The notes under the pieces were generated by a model. The model saw only the letters and a program-made list of their open reading frames with translations, searched no databases and was not told the origin of the DNA. The translations under genes and the position numbers were made by a program. A stretch of DNA of 64,000 nt from Bacteroidota bacterium (GTDB lineage: Bacteria > Bacteroidota > Bacteroidia > NS11-12g > UBA9320), in the NCBI GenBank assembly GCA_002746305.1, contig NVWV01000004.1, forward strand, positions 5,614 to 69,613, read 5' to 3'. Shown piece by piece: positions 28,095 through 37,202 of the stretch (within the stretch, counting starts at the first letter, position 1; each line of letters starts with the position of its first letter).

Positions 28095-29489
28095 TTAATA
28101 CCCCAAGATTTTCATCATACTTTCAGAAGATTGTTCATCTGACCAAAGCTCATAGGTTAGTTCGCCATTTTCATTTCTATTGATCAATACCTTTTTTGGG
28201 TCAGGTATTAAACAGTGCTTTATACCACCACTGCCACCTAGGCTTTCTTGGTAAGCACCTGTATGAAAGAAGCCCAAGTACAAGGGTTCGCCTTTGGTGT
28301 ACTTTGGCATATATATAGCGTTGACATGCTGTTCGCTGTTGTAGTAATCATCGCTGTCACAGGTTAAACCACCCAAAAGAACTCGTTCATATTCCGAGTT
28401 CCATTTATTAAGAGGTAGCAATATAAATCGCTCATTGATTGCCCATGTATCTGGCAATGTTGTCATAAACGAGCTGTCTATCATATTCCATAACTCTCGG
28501 TCATTCTGTTTCTTTTGGCCAATGACTTTGTAAATAGTTCCACTACTTTCTCCTACGGTGTAACTGCCAAATTCTGTAAAAAGATTTGGAACACTAATGT
28601 CCGCATGTAAGCATGTACTCTTTATTTGTTGTACTATTTCGCTTACCATATAGCCATAGTCATACGTGAAGTTTAAGCTCTGTTTTATAGGAAACCCACC
28701 TCCAATGTTGAGATGCTCCAAGTGCTTTGTGCTTGCAGCCAATGTGGTATATACATTCAGGCACTTATTTAACTCATTCCAGTAGTAGGCTGTATCGCGA
28801 ATTCCTGTATTAATAAAAAAATGAAGCATTTTTAACCTGAGGTTAGGAATTTGCTTTATTCTTTCTTCGTAGAAAGGGACTATGAATTTGTATCCAATGC
28901 CGAGTCTACTGGTCCAGAACTCAAACTTAGGCTCTTCCTCAGAAGCTATCCGTATTCCAATGTTTATTGTCTTTTTCGTTTTATTAGCAAATAAGTCTAG
29001 TTCATCTGTATTGTCTAGAATGACATGCAAGTTCTCAAATCCTTGTCCCACTAAATCCAGAATCTTATTTACATAGGATTCTGTTTTAAACCCATTGCAT
29101 ATTATAAATCGGTTAAGATCTATTTTACCTTCAAGATGGAGTGTTTTTACAATGTCTAAATCAAATGCAGAAGAGGTCTCAATATGTACATCGTTTTTTA
29201 AAGCTTCCTCTAGTACATATTTAAAATGGGAACTCTTGGTGCAATAGCAGTAATTGTACTTGCCAGTATAGTTATGCTTAGCAAAGGCCTCAGCAAACCA
29301 AAATTTAGCCTTTTGGATATTCTCAGAAATTTTGGGTAAGTAACTGAACCGAAGAGGGGAGCCATACTTCTTTACCAAGTCCATCATAGGAATGTCTCGG
29401 TAGATGAGTTCACCGTTATCATTCGTTTCAAATTCCTCAGTGGGAAATTGGAAAGTTTGATCTATTAGGTCTGAATACTTATTCTTCAA
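28095..29489 (-). CDS. speA: Arginine decarboxylase (Bacteroidota short form)
   Basis: PLP Lys in YCYCTKSSH, IGGGFP, TEFG, GGLTCDSDD, TGAYQE...HCL.P. Confidence 0.85.
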   Translation of the reverse strand: MKNKYSDLIDQTFQFPTEEFETNDNGELIYRDIPMMDLVKKYGSPLRFSYLPKISENIQKAKFWFAEAFAKHNYTGKYNYCYCTKSSHFKYVLEEALKNDVHIETSSAFDLDIVKTLHLEGKIDLNRFIICNGFKTESYVNKILDLVGQGFENLHVILDNTDELDLFANKTKKTINIGIRIASEEEPKFEFWTSRLGIGYKFIVPFYEERIKQIPNLRLKMLHFFINTGIRDTAYYWNELNKCLNVYTTLAASTKHLEHLNIGGGFPIKQSLNFTYDYGYMVSEIVQQIKSTCLHADISVPNLFTEFGSYTVGESSGTIYKVIGQKKQNDRELWNMIDSSFMTTLPDTWAINERFILLPLNKWNSEYERVLLGGLTCDSDDYYNSEQHVNAIYMPKYTKGEPLYLGFFHTGAYQESLGGSGGIKHCLIPDPKKVLINRNENGELTYELWSDEQSSESMMKILGY

Positions 29490-29562
29490 TGTTGTTTTAA
29501 AGTGAAGTGCAAATTAAGAGATAAAAAGTAGTTACTTTTTTGAAATATTCCGTCTCAATCGT

Positions 29563-29661
29563 ATGAAAAGACCTTGGCCGTATTCTAGATTAAAAGTATG
29601 TCTTGGAATATGTGCCATTATAACTTTGATATTATTATTTGTAGCAATCAATTGTCTATAG
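29563..29661 (+). CDS. Candidate 32-aa single-TM small protein
   Basis: ATG..TAG reads MKRPWPYSRLKVCLGICAIITLILLFVAINCL and fills an otherwise empty intergenic gap. Confidence 0.3.
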   Translation: MKRPWPYSRLKVCLGICAIITLILLFVAINCL

Positions 29662-29674
29662 TCTTTAACCTTCA

Positions 29675-30331
29675 TTACCACAATACCTTTAGACGATGAC
29701 CAAAACTAATAATCAAACAGCCTATACATACACCAAAGGCAAGTACCGTAAGGAGTTTTTTATGCTTACCAAAATAGGATGTGGTGAGTAAAAGTATGTT
29801 TACTACCACAGGCACATAGGTAAGAGGTGAAAATCCAATTCGTTGGACGTACCAATAGTTGAATTGATTGTTGCATCCGTCATTGGGAATAAGTGCCAAA
29901 AAGCCAATAATTAATAGAAGCGTGATGGCTAGCGATTTCTTGTTTTTTCTAAGATAAAGCCAACTAAGAATGAAAGGAGCAATAAGCAGTGTCAATCTAA
30001 TATAGGTGCCAATAGTGTGATTTGCACAAAATATATTTCCTCTATAACATACTGGGCTAACACAAATAAGAGCAAGAGGGATGGCTAACCAGAGCAAGTG
30101 ATCCCAAATATCTACAGAACGTTTAGAGTTTTCAGTTAGTTCCTTAGTAGACCACCATGCGAAAGGCAATATTGCTAGTCCTGCTCCGATAAACAAAAAG
30201 TTAAACCAGAAAGGAAAGGCGGCATCTGACCATACTTCATAAGCATGTAATATGTCCCAAATACACTTTAACCAAAGTATGGAAATGAGGGTAAAAAGTG
30301 ACTTAAATAGGTTTTGATTTAGATGTTTCAT
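29675..30331 (-). CDS. Hypothetical multi-pass membrane protein
   Basis: About 7 TM segments; motif LIPNDGCNNQFNYWY..IGFSPLTY. Start set at ATG 30331, 6 nt after TAACTTTG. Confidence 0.65.
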   Translation of the reverse strand: MKHLNQNLFKSLFTLISILWLKCIWDILHAYEVWSDAAFPFWFNFLFIGAGLAILPFAWWSTKELTENSKRSVDIWDHLLWLAIPLALICVSPVCYRGNIFCANHTIGTYIRLTLLIAPFILSWLYLRKNKKSLAITLLLIIGFLALIPNDGCNNQFNYWYVQRIGFSPLTYVPVVVNILLLTTSYFGKHKKLLTVLAFGVCIGCLIISFGHRLKVLW

Positions 30332-30452
30332 CGAAATCAAAGTTACTTAGAAATAGTAAGAACCAGGTTTACGATATCATCTTCAAACTGACCATCCAAA
30401 CATAGTCGACTTACCATTGAATTGAGTACCTTCGCAAACTTCAATAATTTCA

Positions 30453-33278
30453 ATTATCAACGAGCAAGATTCAATCAAAATAATAGGGGCTAGAGAGCAC
30501 AATTTAAAGAATGTGGATTTAGAAATTCCGCGTCATAAACTTGTGGTATTTACTGGTCTAAGTGGTAGCGGTAAGTCAAGTTTAGCCTTTGATACGCTGT
30601 TTGCAGAAGGGCAAAGACGGTACATGGATACTTTTTCTGCTTATGCTCGACAGTTTGTCGGGGATATGAAGCGACCAGATGTAGACAAGATAGAAGGTCT
30701 TAGTCCTGTAATAGCCATAGAACAGAAGACGGTAAGCAAGAATCCACGGAGTACCGTGGGGACAATTACGGAGGTCTACGATTTTCTTCGTTTGTTATTT
30801 GCACGAGCAGGAGAAGCATATTCATACCTCAGTGGTAATAAAATGAAGAGCTTTACCGAACAAGAAATTATTGATACTGTAAACAAAAAATTCACACTTC
30901 AAAAGATGATGATTCTTGCACCACTTATTAAGGGGCGTAAAGGACATTATCGAGAAGTATTTGAGCAATATAGAAAACGAGGATTTACCAAAGTTTGGGT
31001 GGATGGTGAACTGCTGGACATAGAGCCAGGAATGCAACTTGATCGCTACAAAATTCATGATATTGATTTGGTAATTGACCGAATATCACCTGAAGATGCT
31101 GGTAGTTTAAGGGTAACGGACTCGGTACGGTCTGCTATTAAAATGGGTAAAGGTGTTGTAAGTATTTTAAATCCAGAAACCAATGAGCTTACACATTTTA
31201 GTAAGTATTTGATGGATGTGGAAACGGGACTGTCCTACAACGAACCTCAGCCTAATCTTTTTTCATTTAACTCACCTTATGGAGCATGCCCAACATGCAA
31301 TGGTTTAGGTACTTCGTCTGATGTGTTGGAGAAAGACCTAATACCCAATCCAAAGTTAAGTATCAATAAAGGAGGTTTGGCACCCATTGGAGATGTAAAG
31401 GATAATTGGACCTTCACTCAACTCAAAGCAATGAGTAAAAAACTGAAATTCAGTTTATCGAAACCAATTGCAGAGCTTGATAAAAAGACATTGGACCTTA
31501 TCTTAAATGGGTCAGAAGAGAAGTTTGAAGTAGAGTATAAAGGAAGCTCTGGGTACCAACAGACATATGAAACCAGATGGAAGGGTATAGTCCCATCTCT
31601 GATGGAAGCATACTTTGAAAAGGACTTTGGTACATTGAGCAAATGGGCCGATGAGTTTATGACTGTGGTCCCTTGCCCCAGTTGTAATGGAGGTAGACTA
31701 AATAGGGAAGCACTTTCATACAAAATTGGCAGTGTAAACATTGCTGATTTAAGCAATAAAAGTATTGGAGAACTTGCTGAATGGCTCAAGGAGGTGAAAG
31801 ACTCCATGAGTGACCGGCAACTGATAATAGGTAGTGAGATTCTTAAAGAAATAAGAGAGCGTGTGAAGTTTCTCATCGATGTAGGACTCTCTTATTTAGC
31901 TCTCAATAATTCAGCTAAAACGCTAAGTGGGGGAGAGGCTCAACGGATTAGACTAGCTACTCAAATAGGTTCTCAGTTAGAAGAAGTACTGTATATCTTG
32001 GATGAACCAAGTATTGGTTTGCACCAGAGAGATAACCAACGATTGATCAATTCACTCAAGGAATTGCGAGATATAGGGAACTCTGTTATTGTAGTAGAGC
32101 ACGATAAAGACATGATTATTGAGAGTGATTATGTAGTAGATATTGGTCCTGGTGCAGGTAAAAATGGAGGAGAGATAGTGGCCCATGGTAAATGGGAAGA
32201 TATAAAGGATAATGGTACTATAACCTCGGATTATCTAGGTGGACATCGTAAAATTGAGGTTCCTAAAAAACGGAGAAAAGGTACAGGCAAAAAACTCGTG
32301 CTGAGTGGCTGTACTGGAAATAATTTAAAGAATGTTACTGTTGAATTTCCATTGGGAAAATTCATAGCTGTAACAGGGGTTTCGGGTAGTGGAAAGAGTA
32401 GTTTGATTAACGAAACATTACATCCCATACTCTCCGAGTATGTCTATAACTCGGTTAAGAAGCCATTGGCTTATGACAAGATAAAAGGTCTTGAACATTT
32501 GGATAAGGTAATTACTATTAATCAATCACCTATAGGACGGACACCTCGAAGTAATCCAGCCACCTATGTTGGTTTTTTCTCAGATATTAGAAATCTGTAT
32601 TCTGAGATAGGTGAAGCTAAAATAAGAGGATATAAACCAGGGAGATTTAGTTTCAATGTAAAAGGGGGTAGATGCGAAACCTGCAAAGGTGGAGGGCAAA
32701 AGGTTATCGAAATGAACTTCTTACCCGATGTACTGGTTGAATGTGAAACATGCCAAGGTAGGCGGTATAATAGAGAAACGTTAGAGATTCGATACAAGAA
32801 TAAGAGTATCAGTGACGTGCTAAACATGACTGTGGAAGAGGCTGTAGAATTCTTTGAAGCAGTTCCAAGCATATACCGAAAGATCAAGGCATTGAATGAT
32901 GTAGGTCTAGGGTATATTACACTTGGACAAAGTAGTACTACAATCTCTGGAGGTGAAGCACAACGTGTGAAACTGGCAAGTGAACTAGGAAAGATTAGTA
33001 CAGGACAAACGTTTTATATTCTGGATGAACCCACAACGGGTCTGCATTTTGAGGATATTAATCAACTGATAGGAGTACTCCAAAGTTTGGTCGAATTGGG
33101 AAACACTGTTTTAGTCATAGAACATAATTTGGACGTTGTTAAAGTAGCGGACTGGGTAATTGATATAGGTCCAGAAGGTGGTTTTGCAGGTGGAGAGATA
33201 ATGGTTGTTGGAACTCCAGAATACGTTGTCAAAAGCAAAAAAGGACATACCGCTCAATACTTAGCTTTAGAAATATGA
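30453..33278 (+). CDS. uvrA: Excinuclease ABC subunit A (start inferred non-canonical)
   Basis: Two Walker A motifs (GLSGSGKSS, GVSGSGKSS), LSGGEAQR, Zn fingers. The conserved IKIIGAREHNLKN lies upstream of the GTG at 30513, so the start is tentatively placed at ATT 30453. Confidence 0.95.
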   Translation: MINEQDSIKIIGAREHNLKNVDLEIPRHKLVVFTGLSGSGKSSLAFDTLFAEGQRRYMDTFSAYARQFVGDMKRPDVDKIEGLSPVIAIEQKTVSKNPRSTVGTITEVYDFLRLLFARAGEAYSYLSGNKMKSFTEQEIIDTVNKKFTLQKMMILAPLIKGRKGHYREVFEQYRKRGFTKVWVDGELLDIEPGMQLDRYKIHDIDLVIDRISPEDAGSLRVTDSVRSAIKMGKGVVSILNPETNELTHFSKYLMDVETGLSYNEPQPNLFSFNSPYGACPTCNGLGTSSDVLEKDLIPNPKLSINKGGLAPIGDVKDNWTFTQLKAMSKKLKFSLSKPIAELDKKTLDLILNGSEEKFEVEYKGSSGYQQTYETRWKGIVPSLMEAYFEKDFGTLSKWADEFMTVVPCPSCNGGRLNREALSYKIGSVNIADLSNKSIGELAEWLKEVKDSMSDRQLIIGSEILKEIRERVKFLIDVGLSYLALNNSAKTLSGGEAQRIRLATQIGSQLEEVLYILDEPSIGLHQRDNQRLINSLKELRDIGNSVIVVEHDKDMIIESDYVVDIGPGAGKNGGEIVAHGKWEDIKDNGTITSDYLGGHRKIEVPKKRRKGTGKKLVLSGCTGNNLKNVTVEFPLGKFIAVTGVSGSGKSSLINETLHPILSEYVYNSVKKPLAYDKIKGLEHLDKVITINQSPIGRTPRSNPATYVGFFSDIRNLYSEIGEAKIRGYKPGRFSFNVKGGRCETCKGGGQKVIEMNFLPDVLVECETCQGRRYNRETLEIRYKNKSISDVLNMTVEEAVEFFEAVPSIYRKIKALNDVGLGYITLGQSSTTISGGEAQRVKLASELGKISTGQTFYILDEPTTGLHFEDINQLIGVLQSLVELGNTVLVIEHNLDVVKVADWVIDIGPEGGFAGGEIMVVGTPEYVVKSKKGHTAQYLALEI

Positions 33279-33943
33279 ATTGGATAGCAGAAGAAACAGA
33301 ACGAATTGGTCGTGAGATAAGCAGATTGAAAGCTGAAGGGAAGAAGATTGTAAGTTCATCATCGTTTCAATCACATAGTATCCCTCTGCTTCATCTTATT
33401 AGTAGGATAGACAATTCGATTCCTATTTATTTTCTGAATACAGGTTTTCATTTTGCCGAGACTATAGCTTATAAAAATGAGATTTCGGAATTATTTCAAT
33501 TGAATACGATTGACTTGCACTCTGCAACGGAGAAACTATTTCAAAAGGATAGTATGGATCGTTTTCTCTATGCAAGTGAGCCTACTTACTGCTGTTTTAT
33601 TAACAAGATTCTTCCAATGGATGAGGTTTTAAAAGTGAATGATGTTTGGATTGCAGGAGTTCGAAAAGATCAAACGGGGACCAGAAGTAAATTCAATGAA
33701 TATGAAGGAGGTCCTCACGACACTACCCGATTTCACCCCATTCTATCGTGGACTTCAAAGATGATTCACGAATATCAAACAATGTTTAACTTGCCTGTAC
33801 ACCCTTTGGAAAGTCAGGGGTATTTAAGCGTTGGGTGTGAGCCTTGTACCAGTAAGTATATCAGCAGTGAGCGTGGTGGCAGATGGCAAGGATTAAAAAA
33901 AGAGGAATGTGGACTTCACACAGATTTAGTTGCAAAAAAATGA
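33275..33943 (+). CDS. cysH: APS/PAPS reductase (CysH family, Fe-S APS-reductase type)
   Basis: FLNTGFHF.ET, CC..NK..P, GVRKDQ..R, SVGCEPCT, RGGRW, ECGLH. Confidence 0.85.
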   Translation: MNWIAEETERIGREISRLKAEGKKIVSSSSFQSHSIPLLHLISRIDNSIPIYFLNTGFHFAETIAYKNEISELFQLNTIDLHSATEKLFQKDSMDRFLYASEPTYCCFINKILPMDEVLKVNDVWIAGVRKDQTGTRSKFNEYEGGPHDTTRFHPILSWTSKMIHEYQTMFNLPVHPLESQGYLSVGCEPCTSKYISSERGGRWQGLKKEECGLHTDLVAKK

Positions 33944-34857
33944 GAATATTAATAACAGGAGGTTGCGGATATCTAGGAGGTTATTTAGTTAGGCATATTG
34001 CCAAGCTATATCATGGAGTCGTTAGTGAAATAGTAATCTATGATAATTTGAGCAGAGGTGATTTAGCTTTTCTTTTTGGTGAACAAATTGAAGGAGTTAA
34101 GCTACGCTTGGTTAGGAATGATATTTTAAGTCGAAGAGACTTATTGAAGGCCCTCGATGGTATAGATACAGTAGTTCATTTGGCTGCTAAGGTCACTCAA
34201 CCTTACACAGATATTAAGCTTCATCCATTTGACCAAATAAACAACTGGGGAAGTGCAAATTTGGCAGATGCCATTCAAGATTCAGATGTAAAGAAAGTCA
34301 TTTATATCAGTAGCGTTACCGTTTATGGAACACAACCAAATCTAATTACTGAGGAGCTAATTCCTGAACCTCAAACCTACTATGGCGTTTCCAAGTTGAA
34401 AGGAGAAAAACACTTTCAGCGAATTCAGAGCAAGGAAGTGTTTATACTTAGATCTGCCAATGTATTTGGCTATTCACCTACGATGCGGATAGACTCTGTC
34501 TTTAACCGATTTATGTTTGAAGCACATCATGGAGGAAGAGTGAATCGAATAGGAGATGGAAGCCAATCCAGAGCGTTCATTAGTTTAGATAGTTTTAGTG
34601 AGCAAGTTTGTCACGTTTTATTTGAAGACGTTAAGCCGGGAGTATATAACCTTGCGGATACCAATTTGTCCATCAATGATATTTTAGAATATTATTTTGA
34701 AATGTTCCCGGATTTAGAGGTGATTACCATAGAACAGAATGCCAAGTTACATAGTGTAAACATCGAAGTGCCAACAAAATTGGGCCAGTTGATGAATCAT
34801 AAACCCAAAGACATTCGTCAAGAATTGGAAGTGTTTAAAAAAGCTTTTAGCTTTTAA
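33940..34857 (+). CDS. NAD-dependent epimerase/dehydratase (extended SDR)
   Basis: ITGGCGYLG, YDNLSRG, VHLAA, SS..VYG, YGVSK. ATG 33940 overlaps the cysH TGA. Confidence 0.85.
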   Translation: MRILITGGCGYLGGYLVRHIAKLYHGVVSEIVIYDNLSRGDLAFLFGEQIEGVKLRLVRNDILSRRDLLKALDGIDTVVHLAAKVTQPYTDIKLHPFDQINNWGSANLADAIQDSDVKKVIYISSVTVYGTQPNLITEELIPEPQTYYGVSKLKGEKHFQRIQSKEVFILRSANVFGYSPTMRIDSVFNRFMFEAHHGGRVNRIGDGSQSRAFISLDSFSEQVCHVLFEDVKPGVYNLADTNLSINDILEYYFEMFPDLEVITIEQNAKLHSVNIEVPTKLGQLMNHKPKDIRQELEVFKKAFSF

Positions 34858-34931
34858 GAGGAAATAATTACTATTTATTCTGCCTTAAAGTCATTCTTTT
34901 TGTTTGGCTCATTTTTAGCAATTATGGCACT

Positions 34932-36668
34932 ATGAGTAAGAAGAAAGTATCCTTTAAATGGGCGTTCAAAGAATTCATATGGCCTAGAAGAGGAATCCTA
35001 GGTCTTGGATTAATACTAATTATCATTCGTAGTCTGTCAGGTCTAGTTTTACCTTATGAGACTAAAAATTTGATAGATATTGTGGTGCCAAGTAAAAATC
35101 AAAGTGACTTATGGCATGTAATTATTTTTGTAAGTAGTGCTATTTTAATTCAAGCTGTAACTTCGTTTATATTGACCAGATTACTAAGTGTTGAAGCACA
35201 GCACCTCATAGCACAATTAAGAGCTAAAGTTCAAAAAAAGCTGTTGACTCTGCCCATTAGTTTTTTCGATAATAATAAGTCTGGAGCTCTAGTAAGTAGG
35301 GTGATGAGTGATGTGGAAGGGGTTCGGAATTTGGTAGGAACAGGAGTTGTACAACTCATTGGAGGTTCTGTAACTGCCATTGTAGCACTTGTTTTCTTGA
35401 TTAAGATAAATGGCTTAATGACTGCACTGGTCTTACTCCCAGTATTGCTTTTTGCATTTATAGCCTTAAAAGCATTTGGTTATATCCGACCTATATTCAG
35501 AGATAGAGGTAAGATTAATGCTGAAGTGACAGGTAGATTGACCGAAACCCTAAACGGAGTTCGGGTTATCAAAGGCTTTAATGCTGAGGCTCAAGAGAAT
35601 AAGACTTTTGAGGATGGAGTAGATCGACTATATCAGAATGTTAAAAAAAGTTTGACTGCAACAGCATTAATGACCAGCTCATCAACGTTTTTATTAGGAC
35701 TTGCATCTGCAGGTATTATGGGAATGGGAGGCTATTTTATGATGGGAGGTTCCATGTCTACAGGTGATTTCATTTCATTTACCCTATTCCTTGGCTTTAT
35801 GATAGCACCCATTGTGCAAATGAGTAATATAGGGAGTCAATTAACAGAGGCTCTTGCTGGACTTGATAGAACTCAGGAGTTGATGAATATGACGGAAGAA
35901 GATGATCCCGAAGTACGAAGTATAATATTAGGTGACATAAAGGGAGACATTGTTTTTAATGACGTAAGTTTTAGCTATGAAGAGAGTAAGGAAGTGTTAC
36001 ACAATATTTCTTTTGAAGCAAATGCAGGAAGTGTTACTGCATTAGTAGGGTCCAGTGGCAGTGGTAAATCTACCATAGCAGGGTTAGCAGCAACATTCCT
36101 AAATCCGGTTAGTGGCCAAGTGACCATAGATGGAAAAGACTTATCCAAAGTTAATCTGAGTAGCTATCGAAAAAACTTAGGTGTAGTACTACAAGATGAC
36201 TTCTTGTACGAAGGAACCATCCGAGAAAATATTCTTTTCCCAAGACCAAATGCTACAGAGGAGCAAATACAAGCTGCCGTTAAAGGAGCGTATGTAGACG
36301 AGTTTACCGATCGATTTGAAGATGGATTAGAGACGGTAATAGGGGAGAGAGGAGTAAAGTTATCAGGAGGTCAACGTCAGCGAATTAGCATTGCAAGAGC
36401 ACTACTAGCCGACCCTAAAGTTATTATCTTAGATGAGGCCACGTCCAACTTGGATACAGAAAGTGAAAGCTTTATACAAAAGAGTTTAAATATTCTGATG
36501 AAAGAAAGAACCACCTTTGTGATAGCCCACAGGTTGAGTACAATTCAGCAAGCAGATCAAATATTGGTAATAGAAGATGGGAGGATTGTAGAGCAAGGAA
36601 AACATGATGAGCTTCTAGCCAAAAAAGGCAGGTACTTTGACTTGTACACCTATCAAAGCAGAATTTAG
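34932..36668 (+). CDS. ABC exporter, fused permease/ATP-binding protein
   Basis: TMD plus GSSGSGKST, LSGGQRQR, ILDEATSNLD, IAHRLSTI. Confidence 0.93.
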   Translation: MSKKKVSFKWAFKEFIWPRRGILGLGLILIIIRSLSGLVLPYETKNLIDIVVPSKNQSDLWHVIIFVSSAILIQAVTSFILTRLLSVEAQHLIAQLRAKVQKKLLTLPISFFDNNKSGALVSRVMSDVEGVRNLVGTGVVQLIGGSVTAIVALVFLIKINGLMTALVLLPVLLFAFIALKAFGYIRPIFRDRGKINAEVTGRLTETLNGVRVIKGFNAEAQENKTFEDGVDRLYQNVKKSLTATALMTSSSTFLLGLASAGIMGMGGYFMMGGSMSTGDFISFTLFLGFMIAPIVQMSNIGSQLTEALAGLDRTQELMNMTEEDDPEVRSIILGDIKGDIVFNDVSFSYEESKEVLHNISFEANAGSVTALVGSSGSGKSTIAGLAATFLNPVSGQVTIDGKDLSKVNLSSYRKNLGVVLQDDFLYEGTIRENILFPRPNATEEQIQAAVKGAYVDEFTDRFEDGLETVIGERGVKLSGGQRQRISIARALLADPKVIILDEATSNLDTESESFIQKSLNILMKERTTFVIAHRLSTIQQADQILVIEDGRIVEQGKHDELLAKKGRYFDLYTYQSRI

Positions 36669-36806
36669 AGATGTGAGCTTAGCTCAAACGAGACATTCTA
36701 TCATTAGATTGAGACATGGCGACTTAGATTCTTAGTGGCTTAGTTTCTTAGATGCTTAGTCTCGAAGTCTCACATCTCAATACTCACATCTAGCAATCTC
36801 AAATCT
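36668..36806. repeat. Periodic low-complexity repeat element, copy 1
   Basis: Five CTTAG units at period 8 (36723, 36731, 36739, 36747, 36755), then CTCACAT/CTCAATA-type heptamers; 10-bp inverted repeat GAGATGTGAG (36668-77) / CTCACATCTC (36769-78). Confidence 0.75.
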
Positions 36807-37089
36807 AATTCCTTTCCCCAAAAAGTTTCTTCCAAAGAGGGCTAGCAATCCAAAAAAGAATAAGCATAGAAAGAGCACCAAGATAAATTCCGTGGTCCAA
36901 GATTCCTGATAGTCCATAGGTATAAATCATGATAGTTAGGGAGGTAACAAGGTTTGCAAGAGCCCAAGCCAAATTGGCTTTATTCCCAAAACCAAATCCG
37001 CTGAGCATTCGAGTACCCCAATGTCCTAAGATAAAGTGCGGCATCGCATTCATGAGAAAAAATCCAATAAGGAAATCTGTGATGTTCAT
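36805..37089 (-). CDS. Small hypothetical membrane protein (94 aa)
   Basis: Three TM helices; FLMNAMPHF..G...LSGFG..AN..W motif. Confidence 0.7.
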   Translation of the reverse strand: MNITDFLIGFFLMNAMPHFILGHWGTRMLSGFGFGNKANLAWALANLVTSLTIMIYTYGLSGILDHGIYLGALSMLILFWIASPLWKKLFGERN

Positions 37090-37163
37090 TGGCTCAAATA
37101 TCGTTTTTTGGATTTAATGGTTAATTAAATCTCAATATTTTTTAACTCATATCCAAGAAAACC

Positions 37164-37193
37164 GTCTACATTTCGACTGTCGCTCAATGTGAC
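37164..37193. repeat. REP-like hairpin (GTCAnnnTGAG..GTCGAA type)
   Basis: GTCtACATT-TCGACTGTCGCTC-AATGTGAC; reverse complement is GTCACATTGAGCGACAGTCGAAATG. Confidence 0.55.
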
Positions 37194-37202
37194 TAAATAC
37201 TC

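Noticed and set aside
33275-33943. PAPS-reductase-family gene next to a DNA-repair gene as a possible DndC/Ssp phosphorothioate or other defence component
   Set aside because: It is short (222 aa) with the canonical CysH ECGLH tail, and no dnd/ssp ATPase, cysteine desulfurase or nuclease genes are nearby.
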